Source: an uncultured Spirochaetota bacterium (GTDB lineage Bacteria > Spirochaetota > Spirochaetia > SZUA-6 > CAVTHK01). Taken from it: a stretch of 64,000 nucleotides of DNA. A program made the translations under genes and the position numbers. The notes under the pieces are model-generated. The model saw nothing but the letters and a program-made list of their open reading frames with translations. It ran no database searches and was not told the origin of the DNA. Below, in pieces: positions 62,978 through 64,000 of the stretch (position 1 is the first letter of the stretch; the number at the start of each line of letters is the position of its first letter). Location of the stretch: assembly GCA_963734495.1 (NCBI GenBank), contig CAVTHK010000003.1, positions 288,001-352,000 on the forward strand. The letters are read 5' to 3'.

Positions 62978-64000
62978 AGGCTCACCCCCCAGGTGCGGAT
63001 CTTCTGCGCGATCACGAGCGCCGCAACGGCGAGCGCGGCCGCCGCGTACAGCGGCACCGCGACTCTCAGCTCGCGTTGAACGCCGGAGATATTGGTGAAG
63101 GTGGATGCGCCCGTAAAGGCGAGCGCGAGCGCCGAGGCGACCGCCGGCACGAGGACGAGCGCCGTCGCGGCGGCGAGGCGCGGTCTCGCGCAGCGCCGGC
63201 AGCGCGAGGAGCGCCGCGGCCGCGACCGCCAGGCCGACGAGGGCGCCCTTGACCGCGAAGGCGCGTCCCGGAACCAGCGGCAGCAGCAGCGGCGTGAGGA
63301 ACGAGCCGGACACGACGGCGAGCGCGCCGAGCAGCGGCCAGGGGCCAGCCCGTCACGAGCGCGCGCGCGAAGAGGATCCCCTGCGGCGCGAGCCCGAAGA
63401 CAACGAGGACGCCGAGGACGAAGAGGAGCAGCCTGGGCAGCGCCGGGACCAGCTCCATCGGGATCAGGGCCAGCCGGTCGGACGAGCGCGAAGCGCACCT
63501 CGCGCACCGACGCGGGAACGCGGCCGCCCGCGTCGAGCGCCTCGGGCAGGTCCGCCGCGCGCACCGGGCCGTAGCTCACGCGGAAGCCGGTGCCCGGCCT
63601 CCACCACGTGCGCGCTCACGCCGGGCGCGCCGAGCTGCGGCAGGATCACGCGGCGGTGGTCGACGAGGCCTTCGAGGCCGCGCCTCCCGGATGCGCGCTA
63701 TGAGCTCCGCGGTGCCGAACGTGCCCTTCCCCGCGGCGCACCAGACGTTGATGCCCTTCGTGTCGAGCACGAGGATCCACGCGTCCCGCCCGGCCAGCGA
63801 GCGTCCGCAGGTGGTCGAAGCTCAGCTTGTAGTTGGCGGTGACGAGCACCGGCGAATCGCGTCCCGCCGCGCCCAGGCGATAGAGGCCGGGCGCCACGGC
63901 GTAGCGCATCCGGAACCGGTTGCTCAGGCGGCAGAGAAGCCGGCCGCGCGTGTCTCCGGGCCGACCACTGGCTGTCGGCCTCGCGGACGCTGCTGCGGCC
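62974..64000 (-). CDS. hgcA: Mercury methylation corrinoid protein HgcA (5' end outside the window; frameshifted)
   Basis: PGLYRLG...SPVLVTANYKLSFD, cap helix LDTKGINVWCAAGKGTFGT, ILPQLGAPG, YGPVRAADLP; C-terminal transmembrane helices and FTGASTFTNISGVQRE. Confidence 0.95.

Noticed and set aside
63725-63755. Selenocysteine variants of HgcA or HoxH
   Set aside because: The HgcA cap helix and the HoxH L2 motif use TGC Cys codons; no in-frame TGA.

Overview
High-GC bacterial chromosomal segment, most likely from an anaerobic member of the Spirochaetota. This is an inference from the 'VFAGGQTE'/'LYASGQ' binding-protein N-termini, the HrpA type and the DAHPS-PDT fusion. Many genes, including ileS and purL, are broken by single-base frameshifts that look like long-read consensus errors, so many coordinates below join several ORF fragments. 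Contents in order: (1) a DtxR-family regulator divergent from feoAB; (2) a ~15 kb hydrogen cluster, made of a trimeric [FeFe]-hydrogenase hydCBA whose HydB carries a GltD/NfnB-like C-terminal module, a divergent group 3d [NiFe]-hydrogenase hoxFUYHW with a lone receiver gene, and a convergent pair of a sensory [FeFe]-hydrogenase-histidine kinase and a REC-PAS hybrid kinase; (3) housekeeping and metabolic genes (DAHP synthase-prephenate dehydratase fusion, diguanylate cyclase, purLQ, PTS IIA, galK cluster, ileS, hisHF, sugar ABC transporter, metY, aroB, hrpA); (4) a ~7 kb catabolic island (family-5 ABC components, atypical enolase-superfamily enzyme, Ldh_2 reductase, two paralogous VOC proteins) ending in a LivK-like gene remnant; (5) at the right end, the mercury-methylation genes hgcA (partial) and hgcB, followed by a Gfo/Idh/MocA oxidoreductase and a large protein with an interrupted HPr domain. 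Many genes appear to be leaderless. I saw no rRNA, tRNA, CRISPR array or IS element. Best candidates for an undescribed system are the H2-sensing multi-kinase relay joined to two hydrogenases, the HydB-GltD fusion, and the hgcAB-oxidoreductase-HPr-like gene string.
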